Shown: in pieces, positions 49,399 through 62,769 of the stretch
Numbering within the stretch: position 1 is the first letter of the stretch
Layout: each line of letters opens with the position of its first letter
The notes under the pieces: generated by a model
What the model was told of the DNA's origin: nothing
Databases searched by the model: none
The model's input: the letters and a program-made list of their open reading frames with translations, nothing else
DNA from: Squalus acanthias
Lineage: Eukaryota
Direction: 5' to 3'
Assembly: GCA_030390025.1 (NCBI GenBank)
Contig: CM059432.1
Location: 145,204,001 to 145,268,000 of the forward strand
Length of the DNA: 64,000 bases
Position numbers and translations under genes: made by a program

Positions 49399-51227
49399 CT
49401 AGAAAACAAAAAGACACAAGTGGGATCATTCTGTCAGCGGTGGTTACTGAAACCAGGTATGAAATACTCAAACAGCCAGATATCAGCTGGTATTTATTTT
49501 GGATTTCAAAATATGGATCAGATACACAGAGCAATCTTTAATGAAACACTTAAAAAATATCCTAATTTATTAACAGCTATCCTAATAAAATAACTTTGCG
49601 CTCGGTTTGTGGGATTCTAACACACTGCTGCTATTAATCAGGTTTGCCACGGGATTGCTGACAGCAAGTGCAAGACCCGGAGTTCGATTTCTGATGCTAC
49701 TCGCAGTACTGGAATACAGCGAGAGATTCTGGCACTGTTAACTCCACAATAAACATCCTGCAGCAACGGTTTGTCGTGGCTCCAGGTCAATCTGCATTTA
49801 GTGGATTAATATTTTTATAAAAGGAAAATTTAAAAGGAGTATGGGAAAGAGCGGGGAAATGGGTCAGGGTGCAGAACTCTTTCAGAGAGCCAGTACAGGT
49901 GAGATGGGCCGAATGTGCTGTGCTGTAAGATTCCAGGATAAACGTCACGTTATACTAATCAAAAGAGATTTACATGATTCAAGGCTCCCAAAAATCAGCT
50001 GCTGTCAGCCTGAGTTGGAGTGAACGTCAGTAACTCGTTTTGTTTCAGTTTCATTTAAGGTCAAACGGATCAGTATCAATTCTGTAAATCCTGGCGCCTT
50101 AAACAGGAATAAGGGATCACGGGACAGGACCAGCATGACAACATTTCCATCCGCATGTTCGGTACGTGGTCTCCCTGGAACCCATCCCATTAGTCTACAC
50201 TGCCTCACTGTGCAGCACACAGCGTGAAGAGGTAACGGCAGTGGGTCCAATATATGGGCAGCAGGACAGTGACACCTGCAGGCTGGGAGCACGGAAGAAA
50301 AGATGAGCTGGCGGTGGCTATAGGGGTGAGAATTAACACAAGAGTCAGTCAAACATGCTGAAAACTGGCTCTCGGCTGGAAGTGGAAGGAAAGGGGACTC
50401 TTGCTAGTCTTTGGTATAGGTGCTGTGTAGAGTTTGGGTGTGTGAGTGAGTGATTGTCCAGATGGTACCTTTCAGAAGGTGTTGGACATACAACTGTTTT
50501 TAAGATAAACCCGGATGTGCAGCAGTGATGGGCCATATCTCAGTTAGGCAGGACGATTTAGACTCGAGGGCAATATAACGAATTACCCGGACAGTTTTAC
50601 TGTACCTTAGTGCATGTGAAGTGGAGAGATCTATTAAACCACCAGCACAACTGTAATTGCAGTTAAATAAAAGGCATATAGGATACTGGGCTGTATTAAC
50701 AGAGGGGCAAAGTATACACTAGAGGGTCCGCTGACTACTGTACAAGTTAGTGGTCAGATCCCGTGAAGAGTACCGCGCGCAGTTCTGGTCATCTAATCAA
50801 TGGAAGGATGTTGCTGCCCTTGTGGGAATGGAGGTGAAGATTATAGTGGCTTACCAGAATTGAAAGTTATGAGGAAAGTTAGACAAAACTGTAAAAGAGA
50901 TTTCAAATTACAGACCAGCAATACACTTTAGGCACAGCTAGTCCGTTTAACCCTTCCCCTGCCATGAGCAAAGGTACCAGCAAAACTCGCAAAGTTAACG
51001 ATTTACCACTAACTACATGAGATCCCAATAAAAAGCTATTTTTAAATACAGAAAATAAAAGTCTTGCCCTGTGGTTTCCAAAAAGGCACCAATTAGTCTC
51101 ATTAGACGGGTGGTTCAGTATAAAGAATTATTGATCCAACACCATAAAACTCAGTTGAGTTCCATCAAGTGATGTCACTTCTACAACCAAACACGCCAAT
51201 CAGGGGCTGATTTTACAAGAAAACAAA

Positions 51228-51652
51228 CAACTTGCCTTTCACGACTTCAGGACGTCCCAAAGCACTTTACAGCCAATGAAGTACTTTTGAAGTGTAGTCA
51301 CGGTTGCAATGTAGGAAACGCAGCAGCCAACATGCACACAGCAAGATCCCACAAACAGCAATGTGATAATGACCAGCTAATCTGTTTTAATGTTGTTGGT
51401 TGAGGGATAACTGGGGAGAACTCCCCTGCTCTTTTTCGAATAGTGCCGTGGGATCTTTTATGCCACCTGAGGGGGCAGATGGGCCTCGGTTTAACATCTC
51501 ATCCGAAAGACGGCACCTCCAACAGTGCAGCACTCCCTGAGTATTGCACTGAAGTGTCAGGCTAGATTATGTGCTCATGTCTCTGGAGTGGGGCTCGATC
51601 CCACGACCTACTGACTCAGAGGAAATTAATACTGCCCGAGCCACGGCTGACA
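51228..51652 (-). mobile_element. Deu-SINE (SacSINE1-like), near full length
   Basis: tRNA-like head (GTGTCAGCCGTGGCTCGG...GAGTCAG), central Deu-like block and tail. Other copies at ~22012-22200, 11270-11515 and 53850-54170. Confidence 0.8.
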
Positions 51653-51723
51653 CCGTAAAAACAAAATGTGCGTTCCCAGCGCAAAACCTCGCATAGCAGA
51701 AAACATGCATCAGGAAACCGCAG

Positions 51724-52105
51724 GCCCTGTCCCCTCTATTCCCGGTGAGACCCTGTCCTCTCACCGCCCATTCCCGGTGAGACCCTGTCCCCTCTCTCCA
51801 ACCATTCCCAGTGAGACCCTGTCCCCTCTCACCGCCCATTCCCGGCGAGACCCTGTCCCCTCTCTCCGCCCATTCCCGGTGAGACCCTGTCCCCTCGCTC
51901 CAACCATTCCCGGTGAGACCCTGTCCCCTCGCTCCAACCATTCCCGGTGAGACCCTGTCCCCTCTCGCCGCCCATTCCCGGTGAGACCCTGTCCCCTCTC
52001 GCCGCCCATTCCCGGTGAGACCCTGTCCCCTCTCGCCGCCCATTCCCAGTGAGACCCTGTCCCCTCTCTCCGCCCATTCCCAGTGAGACTCCATCCCCTC
52101 TCTCT
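51724..52105. repeat. 34-bp minisatellite (CCCGGTGAGACCCTGTCCCCTCTCGCCGCCCATT)
   Basis: About 11 tandem copies directly visible. Confidence 0.95.
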
Positions 52106-52188
52106 GACAAGTCATTTGAAGCATCTACAGGGATACACACAAACCGGTCACTAGATCACAAACTACAGTGAGAGTGTTTAATACTTAC

Positions 52189-52413
52189 ATTTAATTCTAT
52201 GATCCACAGCATACCGACAAATAAAAGGTCAAAGGTAACAAATAAGCAGAAAGTCCTCCTGACATCAGAAATAGTTCTTTTGTCGCTGGATCTGTAGGAC
52301 TCTAGCCTAGCGGCTAGGTGGGATGAGTTGATTGAATGCGCGGTACTGAGGGAAGCACTGGGACTGAAACGATTGACTCCAGCATTCTCCTGGTCAGTCG
52401 GCAATCTGCTCAT
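52189..52413 (-). CDS. STARD3NL: STARD3NL coding exon 1 (exon spans 52189-52465; ATG at 52413)
   Basis: MSRLPTDQENA...HSINSSHLAARLESY...ISDVRRTFCLFVTFDLLFVGMLWIIELN, 75 codons, matching the human STARD3NL N-terminus. Donor GTAAGT. No START-domain exons found downstream, so STARD3NL rather than STARD3. Confidence 0.95.
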
Positions 52414-52734
52414 CCTGCACGGGTCTGCCACAAATCAGCAACAGCTCCAGCATCACCACAAGCAGCTGTACAAGAACAGAAACATCAGAGTTCAGCAGGA
52501 GAGAGCTAAAACAGTAACGACATGGCCCACTTTCCTGAAATAAATCTCCCTCTTCCCTGAACGAAGCCAAAAGTCAGCAGCTGATTGGTGGGAAGTGCTT
52601 GGCACAGAGCATCATATGGGACAAACAGGCAGGACGTTAGGGGAGCACCACCCTCCACTCCCCAATTCCCCCACACAACACAGCATTGTGTCCCCAGGGG
52701 GATCAGTGCTCGATGGCAGGTATTGGCTCTGTGG

Positions 52735-53352
52735 CAACGTTATATAGCACCTTTGATGCAGTAAAACGTCACAAGGCGCTTCACAGGAGCGATTATCAAA
52801 TAAAATTTGAAACCGAGCCATGTTAGGGCAGATGACCAAAAGCTCGGTCAAAGAGGTAGGTTTTAAGGAGGGACTTAAAGAGGAGGGAGAGGTGGGGAGG
52901 TAGAGAGCAATGTTTCCCCCCTAAGGTGCGTGGCCGCGCACCAATCAGGAGGTCCCGCGCAGGCTGTTCACCAGCTGCAGCCGCTGCAGCAAGTTTAAAG
53001 GGATCGCGTACCAAAAAAAAAATTAAAGGGAACATTGGTAGAGAGGCGGAGAGGTTTAGGGAGGGAATTCCAGAGCTTAGGGCCAAGGCAGCTGAAGGCA
53101 CGGCCGCCAATGGTGGGGCGATGAAAATCGGGGACGGTCAAGAGGAATTGGAGGAGCGCAGGACTGGAGGAGGTTACATTGATAGGGAGGGGTGAGGTCA
53201 TGGAGGGATTTGAGAACAAGGATGAGAATTTTAAAATTGAGGCGTTGCCGGACTGGGAGCCAATGTAGGTCAGCGAACAACCGGAGGTGATGGGTGAACG
53301 GGACTTGGTGCGAGTTTGGATACAGGCAGCAGAGTTTTGGATGAGCTGAAGG
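52735..53352 (-). mobile_element. L2 LINE 3' fragment
   Basis: ADLHWLPVRQRLNFKILIL...IGGRAFSCLGPKLWNSLP. Related pieces at ~17220-17580 and ~46315-47120. Confidence 0.82.
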
Positions 53353-53849
53353 TTATGGGCTCGCGCTCTGCTCTACACTCTAGTGCTAAAGAGGAACGTG
53401 AGCCTCACTGTGTCAGCATGAGACAAGGTGCATTTACCGTGGAACAGACAAGCGGGTCAAGCAGCAGAGGACAGGGAGTTGATGTTTCAGGTGTGGACAC
53501 AGTTTTGACAAAGGATCCTCATTCAAACATCAACTCTTTCTCTCTCCACAGACGCTGCCTGACTCGCCGAGTGTTTGAAGCATTTCCTATTTTTGTTTTA
53601 GATTTCCAGCATCTGCCGTTTTATTGTATTTATCAGCATCAAAACAGTTTACACGAAGCAAAAGATTGCTTAAAATCCTGACCTGGCCCGATACAGAGAC
53701 AGCACTGAACTTGTGTTTTCCTTGTGCTATTTCAAGGCAGATGTCCGAGTGCAGAAAAGAAAAAAGGTAGGCAAAAAATGAACAATTTCTGAATGTGATA
53801 AAAGCAAATAGCCGATCCAGCCACGACACCGATCCAGTGATGAGATAAT

Positions 53850-54170
53850 GACCAGATAATCTAGTTTTAGTGATGTTGGTTGAGGGATAAATATTGGCTA
53901 GGACACTGGGGAGAACTCTCTTGCACTTCTTCTAAAAGCGGCCGTGGGATCTTTTACATTAACCCGAGAGGGCAGACTGAGCCTCTGTTTAACGTCTCAT
54001 CCAAAAGACAGCACCTCCGACAGTGCAGTGCTCCCTCAATACTGCCCCTCCGATAGTGAAGCGCTCTCTCAATACTGCACTGTGTTAGCTTGGATTAGTC
54101 TCTGGAGTGGGCCTTGAACCCACAACCTTCTGACTCAGAGGTGAGAGTGCTACCTACTGAGCCACGGCCA
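53850..54170 (-). mobile_element. Deu-SINE (SacSINE1-like) copy
   Basis: Aligns with 51360-51650. Confidence 0.78.
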
Positions 54171-56475
54171 ATACCTTGTAGGAGTGGAGTTTGATGGGAG
54201 GTAAAGAATTAAAGCTATACTAACAGAAGTGAATCGACCCACAGCAGAGGAGAAGCACATGCTCAATAACACGGCCTTTATAAAGTCCAGCACCCCCCCC
54301 TTCTCAATTTAACTGGTTAATGTATTTAAAGCTGGGGAATGTTGTGGTGTCCGTCATCTCTCGTGCTCTGCTGCAGAATTCCACGTATTCCCCAGCTGTG
54401 GGACAGCAGTTCTCCACAATAGCCAAAATGTTACAATAAAGAAAGGCATAATTCTGAAAAATTTCACTGAAAAGCATTTAAATATAACCTGCATTTTCGT
54501 TTTTTTTTAACCGCTTACAAATCAACTGGAGCTACAGATTAATCGGTTGGGTAATGTGTTTGGTTAATTGAACTACAGATGTCTCAACTTCGAGTCATGA
54601 GATCGAATCCTCAAACTGCCAGTAATAGAAACACATTATGTAAATATTGGACTCCAGACACCACTTCTGCTCGACATATTTACAGTTTAAAACGTCCCGA
54701 TATGTAACCAGGGGAGCAGAAAGGTCAGTACAACCTGCACTAATCCAGCATATTGTTCACCCTCTGCAATCAAATCACCCACATCAAAAATTCCACTCAG
54801 GTGAAAAGAGAGTTAAACATTAGAGCTCTGAAAGAATAGGCGTCGCCTGACTCACCTTCAGTAAGGGGAGGATGTAAATCATCACCAAAAAATACTCACT
54901 AGATGTAGCCCCCATCTCAAACCATTCCATCTGTAAGGTCGGTTGTGCATTTACCACATCAAAGGGAATGGGACAAATCCCCTGTACATCTCGAACAAGA
55001 CAAACTGTAGTGAAACTCCTTCACAGAGGGGGGAGTAATATACAACTTACTCTCCATTGAGGAACAGCGAACAGCCAGCTCTACAAACTTAATCAAAAGA
55101 CACAATACACTTCTATGCTGTCCATTTGTAACTAATTTAAACATGTTATTACACAGACAGCCCTGGTGAGTGGAGATAAGAGTATGGTCTCTAAATACGG
55201 GGCTAACACCCAATGGTGAGGAATCGTATCCGGAGGGAGTGACCACTGGCTCAGGGCTAGTGTTCCCCCGAGTCAGAAGGTTGGGTCTGAGCCCCACTCT
55301 GGATAACGCCGGGGAATGGAGACCAGAGCAGGGGCCCTGAATTCCGGATTGACGTCCAGCAGCGCAGTGGTGGGGTTCTCCCCCTCCCACCGCCCCCCAT
55401 TGTAAAGGGTAAAAGCTGTGAGGACAGTAACAAGAAACCAACTCAGCTCCTCTTCCCTAGTGAGTGGATCAATAATCTCGCGTGCGAGACTCGAGTTAGG
55501 CCCTGCCCCAGGCCAGGACACAGATGGATCATAGAGATTAGGCGCACACACATTTCCATTTTGTTTATGATGCCCATTTATAAACCTATTTCAAGGTTTG
55601 GGATAACCTGCAGAAAGCTGCCCTATCCCAACTTGTCAAAATACGTGCACAGAACTGGCAAGGAGAGCACGATCAAGGTTCTACAGCAGCGTTCTACAGT
55701 TATGTCGCCGTTTTATCCGAACGTCGCCGCCGGAAAGAACGCAACGTTTCCTTCTGCGGAAGGGGACTTACCCATGAACCCCACCCAAAATACCTGGCTG
55801 TACCCTAGACAGGACTCTCAGCTATCGGCCTCAGCTCACCAACACCAGCCATAAAGTAAAATCCAGGGTGAACCTGGTTCGGAAACTTGCTGCAACGTCA
55901 TGGGGGAGCAGCGCCAGAATACCAGAACACTGCACCAGTGGCCCGAGTCTACACTGCTGTAGAATACTGCTCTGCCTCATGGCCCTGCAGCCGCCACACC
56001 AAGATTGTGGACGTGCAGCTAAACGGTGCCATGAGGACCGTGTCAGGGACGTTAAGTCCACTTCAACAGAATGGCTCCCGATGCTGTCCCACATTGCCCC
56101 GCCTGCCATTCACCACAATGCCACCATGCTCCGTGAGCAACATCGACCTTCCCATTCACGAAGACTTGAAAAACACAAAGGAAGATGGTTGTGGTGGTCG
56201 GAGGTCAATCATCACAGCCCCAGGACATTGCTGCAGGAGTTCCTCAGGGCAGTGTCCTAGGCCCAACCATCTTCAGCTGCTTCATCAATGACCTTTCCTC
56301 CACCATAAAGGTCAGAAGTGGGGATGTTCACTGATGACTGCACAGTGTTCAATGCCATTCACAACCCCTCAGATAATGAAGCAGTCCATGACCGCATGCA
56401 ACAAGACCTGGACGACATTCAGGCTTGGGCTGATAAGTGGCAGGTAACATTCGCGCCACACAAGTGCCAGGTAAT

Positions 56476-57684
56476 AAGAACATAAGAACATAAGAAATAG
56501 GAGCAGGAGTAGACCAATCGGCCCCTCGAGCCTGCTCCGCCATTCAATGAGATCATGGCTGATCTGATCCAACCTCAACTCTAAAGAACACAAGAAGCAG
56601 GAGCAGGACCAGGCCACTCGGCTCCGCCACCCACAGGGCCTTGACCGATCCGAACTCAAACTCATGTCCAATTTCCAGCCCGCTCCCCGTAACCCCTGAT
56701 TCCCTTTACTTCTAGGAAACGGTCTATTTCTGTTTTAAATTTATTTAATGAAGTAGCTTCCACAGCTTCCTGGGGTAGCAAATTCCACAGACCCACTACC
56801 CTCTGAGTGAAAAAGTTTCTCCTCATCTCAGTTTTGAAAGAGGAGCCCCTTATTCTAAGATTATGTCCCCTAGTTCTAGTTTCACCCATCATTGGGAACA
56901 TCCTCACCGCGTCCACCCGATCAAGCCCCTTCACAATCTTATATGTTTCAATAAGATCGCCTCTCATTCTTCTGAACTCCAATGAGTAGAGTCCCAATCT
57001 ACTCAACCTCTCCTCGTATGTCCACCCCCTCATCCCCGGAATTAACCGAGTGAACCTTCTTTGTACTGCCTCGAGAGCAAGTATGTCTTTTCTTAAGTAT
57101 GGACACCAAAACTGCATGCAGTACTCCAGGTGCGGTCTCACCAATACCTTGTACAACTGCAGCAATACCTCCCTGTTTTTATATTCTATCCCCCTAGCAA
57201 TTAAAGCCAACATTCCATTGGCTTTCTTGATCACCTGCTGCACCTGCATACTAACTTTTTGATTTTCTTGCACCAAGACCCCCAGATCCCTTTGTACTGC
57301 AGTACTTTCCAGTTTCTCGCCATTAAGATAATAACTTGCTCTCTGATTTTTCCTGCCAAAGTGCATAACCTCACATTTTCCAATATTGTATTGCATCTGC
57401 CAAATCTCTGCCCACTCTCCCAGCCTGTCTATACCCCCTTGTAGGTTTTTTATGTCCTCCTCACTCTCTACTTTCCCTCCCATCTTTGTATCATCTGCAA
57501 ACTTTGATATGTTACACTCGGTCCCCTCCTCCAAATCGTTAATATAGATTGTAAAGAGTTGGGGACCCAGCACCGACCCCTGCGGAACACCACTGGCTAC
57601 TGGTTGCCAGTCCGAGAATGAACCATTTATCCCAACTCTCTGCTTCCTGTTAGATAACCAATCCTCCACCCATGCCAGAATATT
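56476..57684 (-). mobile_element. Young 5'-truncated CR1 LINE
   Basis: Open RT frame 56662-~57684; tail (AAGAACAT)n on the + strand. Confidence 0.95.
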
Positions 57685-59610
57685 AGAACATAAGAACATA
57701 AGAAATAGGAGCAGGAGTAGGCCAATCAGCCCCTCGAGCCTGCTCCGCCATTCAATAAGATCATGGCTGATCTGATCCTAACCGCCAATCTACTATCTAT
57801 CACAGAACCATCTCCTGCATCTAACAGAATTGCACACACGAAATAGGAGCAGAATCAGGCTACACGGTCCCTGGGCCCGCTCCACTACCCACAGGGCCAT
57901 GACCGATCCGAACCTAGACTCATGTCCAAATTCCTGCCTGCTCCCCGTAATCCTTAATGCCCTTTACTTCTAGGAAACTGTCTATTTCTGTTTTAAATTT
58001 ATTTAATGATGTAGCTTCTACAGCTTTTTGTGGCAGCATATTCCATGGACCTACCACCCTCTGAGTGAAGTAGTTCCTCCTCATCTCAGTTTTGAAAGAG
58101 CAGCCCCTTATTCTAAGACTATGTCCCCTAGTTCTAGTCTCACCCGTCATTGGGAACATCCTCCCCGCATCCACCCGATCCAACCCCTTCACAATCTTAT
58201 ATGTTTCAATAAGATCGCCTCTCATTCTTCTGAACTCCAATGAGTAGAGTCCCAATCTACACAACCTCTCCTCATATGACCACCCCCTCATCCCCGGGAT
58301 TAACCGAGTGAACCTTTTTTGCACTGCCTCGAGAGCAAGGATGTCTTTCCTTAAGTAAGGACACCAAAACTGTATGCAGTATTCCAGGTGCGGTCTCACC
58401 AATACCTTGTACAACTGAAGCAATACCTCCCTATTTTTATATTCTATCCCCCTAGCAATGAAAGCCAACATTCCATTTGCCTTCTTAATCACTTGCTGCA
58501 CCTGCATACTAACCTTTTGAGTTTCGTGCACCAGGACCCCCAGATGCCTTTGCACTTCAGTACTCTCCAGTTTCTTGCCATTAAGATAATAAATTGCTCT
58601 AGGATTTTTCCTGCCAAAGTGCATCACCTCACACTTTCCAGTGTTGTATTCCATCTGCCAAATCTCTGCCCACTTACTTAGCCTGTCTATGTCCCCTTGC
58701 AGGTTTTTTATGTCCTCCTCACTCACTACTTTCCCTCCCATCTTTGTATCATCTGCAAATTTTGATATGTTACACTTGGTCCCTTCCTCCAAATCGTTAA
58801 TATAGATTGTAAAGAGTTGGGGACCCAGCACTGACCCCTGTGGAACACCACTAGTTACTGATTGCCAGTCTGAGAATGAACCATTTATCTCAACTCTTTG
58901 CTTTCTGTTAGATAGCCAATCCTCTATCCATGCCAGAATATTACCCCCAATCCCGTGATTTCTTACCTTAAGCAATAATCTTTTGTGTGGCACCTTGTCA
59001 AATGCCTTTTGGAAGTCTAAATACACTACGTCCACTGGTTCCCCTTTATCCACTCTATATGTTACTTCCTCAAAGAACTCCAGCAAATTTGTCAAATATG
59101 ACTTCCCCTTCGTAAAACCATGCTGACTTTGTCCTATTAAATTATGATTATCCAAATGTCCTGTTACTGTTTCCTTAATAAATGGACTCCAAAATTTTAC
59201 CTACCACAGATGTTAGGCTAACCGGTCTATAGTTACCAGCCTTCTGTCTACTGCCCTTTTTAAATAAGGGTGTTACATTAGCAGTTTTCCAATCTGCCAG
59301 GACCTTTGCTGAGTTCAGGGAGTCTTGGAAAATTACCAAAGCATCCACAATTCCTACTGCCACTTCCCTCAAGACCCTAGGATGTAAGCCATCAGGTCCA
59401 GGGGATTTATCCGTCTTGAGTCCCATTATTTTACTGAGTACCAATAATTTTAATCGTATTTAGCTCCTCCCCCACTGGAGCCCCCTGTTTATCCAGTGTT
59501 GGGATATTCTTAGTGTCCTCTACCGTAAAGACTGAAACAAAATATTTGTTCAGCATTTTTGCCATCTCCATGTTGCCCACCATTAATTTCCCGGTCTCAT
59601 CCTCTAAGGG
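57685..59610 (-). mobile_element. Young 5'-truncated CR1 LINE of a closely related subfamily
   Basis: 411-aa open frame 57920-59155 plus upstream frameshifted pieces; same tail type. Confidence 0.95.
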
Positions 59611-60849
59611 ACTATCTCCAACAAGCGAGTGTCTAACCACCACCCCTTGACATTCAACGGCATTACCGTTGCAGAATCACCCACCATCAATATCCTGGGG
59701 GGGGGGGGGGGTCACCATTGACCAGGAACTTAACTAGACCAGCCACATATATACTGTGGCAACATGAGCAGGTCAGAGGCTAGGTATTCTGCAGCAAGTA
59801 TCTCACCTCCTGACTCCCCAAAGCCTTTCCACCATCTACAATGCACAAGTCAGGAGTGTGATGGAATCCTCTCCACTTGCCTGGATGAGTGCAGCTCCAA
59901 CAACACTCAAGAAGCTCGACACCATCCAAGACAAAGCAACCCGTTTGATTGGCACCCCATCCACCACCTTAAACATTCACTCCCTCCACCACTGGCTTAC
60001 CGTGGCTGCAGTGTACACCATCTACAAGATGCACTGCAGCAACTCGCCAAGGCTTCTTCAGCAGCACCTCATAAACCCACGACCTCTTCACCTGGAAGGA
60101 CAAGGGCAGCAGGTGCATGGGAACACCACCACCTCCATGTTCCCCGGTCAAAATCCTGGAACTCCCTCCCTAACAGCACTGTGGGAGTACCTTCACCACA
60201 CGGACTGCAGCAGTTCAGGGCGACGGCTCATCACCACCTTCTCAAGGGCAACTAGGGATGGGCAATAAATGTTGGCCTTTCCAGCGATGCCCACCTCCCA
60301 TGAACGAATAAATTAAAAAAAACCCATGAAAGTGCTAAAAATGAACCTAGCACAAAAGCGCGAAAAATCACGCCGGCCATTCTGGGAAACAGCAGCCAAT
60401 ATTCACGCAGCTGGTGTGGACCCACTAGCCAGATGGACGGAATCGTGGGACACACGCAACAGCGAGAACCAACACCTCATCACTGACCCAACAGCAGAGT
60501 CCCTGGCTTCAACCTCCCTCACACAGTGCACAGCGCTCAACCAAATCCGCACAGAGCATGGACGATGGGGCCACCTGCTTCACAAGTGGAAGATAAGGGA
60601 CGACCCAGAGTGGGACTGTGGCCATGAGTCCCAGGCCATGGAACACATCACATCAGCCTGCCCAAAGATCTGTTGTGGGAGGCACCTCATTTCTCCACTT
60701 GGCATCTCAGGGGGCCATCGAATGGATAACCAAACTAGACATCCCATTATAAGCTTTTCCGTCATACGAAATTACAGTACATCAGCGTGGTCAATTTATA
60801 AACTCCCCAAAACCCTAATACATCTGTTCTGAGAGATTGAGAGAATCAG

Positions 60850-62745
60850 GTGTGTGTGTGAGTGGGTGTGCGACAGCGAGAGTGCCAGTGAGGGAGTGTG
60901 CCAGTGAGAGGGAGTGTGTGAGGGAGTGTGCCAGGGACTGTGAGAGGGAGTGAGCCAGGGAGCGTGAGGGAGTGTGTGAGGGAGTGAGCCAGGGAGCGTG
61001 AGGGACTGTGAGAGGGAGTGTGCCAAGGAGTGTGTGAGGGAGTGTGCCAGGGACAGCGTGAGGGAGTGTGCCAGGGACAGCGTGAGGGAGTGTGCCAGGG
61101 ACAGCGTGAGGGAGTGTGCCAGGGACAGCGTGAGGGAGTGTGCCAGGGACAGCGTGAGGGAGTGTGCCAGGGACAGCGTGAGGGAGTGTGCCAGGGACAG
61201 CGTGAGGGAGTGTGCCAGGGACAGCGTGAGGGAGTGTGCCAGGGACAGCGTGAGGGAGTGTGCCAGGGACAGCGTGAGGGAGTGTGCCAGGGACAGCGTG
61301 AGGGAGTGTGCCAGGGACAGCGTGAGGGAGTGTGCCAGGGACAGCGTGAGGGAGTGTGCCAGGGACAGCGTGAGGGAGTGTGCCAGGGACAGCGTGAGGG
61401 AGTGTGCCAGGGACAGCGTGAGGGAGTGTGCCAGGGACAGCGTGAGGGAGTGTGCCAGGGACAGCGTGAGGGAGTGTGCCAGGGAGTGTGCCAGGGAGTG
61501 TGTGAGAGGGAGTGAGCCAGGGAGTGTGCCAGGGAATGTGTGAGAGGGAGTGTGCCAAGGAGTGTGAGAGGGAGTGTGCCAGGGACTGTGTGAGAGAGAG
61601 TGTGCCAAGGAATGTGAGGGAGTGTGCCAGGGACTGTGTGAGAGGGAGTGTGCCAAGGAGTGTGAGGGAGTGTGCCAGGGACTGTGAGAGGGAGTGAGAG
61701 CCAGGGAGTGTGAGGGGGAGTGTGAGCCAGAGGGAGTGAGCCGGGGAGTGAGAGGGGGAGTGAGAGGGGGAGTGTGACGGGGAGTGAGAGGGGGAGTGTG
61801 ACAGGGAGTGTGACAGGGAGTGTGCCAGGGAGTGTGCCAGGGAGTGTGAGAGGGAGTGTGCCAGGGAGTGTGAGAGGGTGTGAGCCAGGGACTGTGAGAG
61901 GGAGTGAGCCAGGGAGTGTGTCAGGGACTGTGTGAGGGAGTGTGCCAGGGAGTGTGAGAGGGAGTGTGACAGGGAGTGTGACAGGGAGTGTGACAGGGAG
62001 TGTGCCAGGGACAGTGTGATGGAGTGTGCCAGGGAGTGTGAGAGGGAGTGTGCCAGGGAGTGTGAGAGGGTGTGAGCCAGGGACTGTGAGAGGGAGTGAG
62101 CCAGGGAGTGTGAGCCAGGGAGTGTGAGCGGGAGTGTGTCAGGGACTGTGTGAGGGAGTGTGCCAGGGACTGTGCCAGGGAGTGTGAGAGGGAGTGTGCC
62201 AGGGAGTGTGACAGGGAGTGTGCCAGGGACAGTGTGATGGAGTGTGCCAGGGACAGTGTGATGGAGTGTGCCAGGGAGTGTGAGAGGGAGTGTGCCAGGG
62301 AGTGTGAGAGGGTGTGAGCCAGGGACTGTGAGAGGGAGTGAGCCAGGGAGTGTGAGCGGGAGTGTGTCAGGGACTGTGTGAGGGAGTGTGCCAGGGACTG
62401 TGCCAGGGAGTGAGAGAGGGAGTGTGCCAGGGACTGTGTGAGGGAGTGAGCCAGGGACAGTGTGAGGGAGTGTGCCAGGGACTGTGTGAGGGAGTGAGCC
62501 AGGGACTGTGTGAGGGAGTGAGCCAGGGACTGTGTGAGGGAGTGAGCCAGGGACTGTGTGAGGGAGTGAGCCAGGGAGTGTGTGAGGGAGTGAGCCGGGG
62601 AGTGTGTGAGGGAGTGTGAGGGGGGGGGGGGGGGAGTGTGAGGGGGGGGGGGGGGGAGGGAGTGTGAGGGGGAGTGTGCCAGGGAGTGTGTGAGGGAGTG
62701 AGCCAGGGACTGTGTGAGGGAGTGAGCCAGGGAGTGTGAGGGTGC
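60850..62745. repeat. G-rich minisatellite (core 24-bp AGGGACAGCGTGAGGGAGTGTGCC and variants) in STARD3NL intron 1
   Basis: Directly visible array. The long - strand ORFs here are repeat artefacts. Confidence 0.95.
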
Positions 62746-62769
62746 CCAGGTTACAGTCTGTTCTCACCA

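Larger units (their letters stand above)
56176..60315 (+). mobile_element. Second LINE family (CR1/L2 group) at 56176-56473 and 59611-60315, interrupted by two CR1 copies
   Basis: [20 protein letters not shown]...FTDDCTV before the break; coding continues after 59611 and ends in the GGGCAATAAATG tail and an A-rich end. Confidence 0.78.
55530..60775 (+). mobile_element. Degenerate Ingi/Vingi-like LINE (55530-56175 and 60325-60775) split by nested insertions
   Basis: TLDRTLSY...VNLVRKLAATSWG...VDVQLNGAMRTVSGT...WLPMLSHIAPP, and C-terminal LNQIRTEHGR...LHKW...DCG...MEHITSACP. Clade assigned from recalled motifs. Confidence 0.6.

Noticed and set aside
32421-52413. Calling the gene STARD3 (MLN64)
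   Set aside because: It stops after the acidic linker, no START-domain exons were found, and both the N-terminus and the synteny fit STARD3NL.
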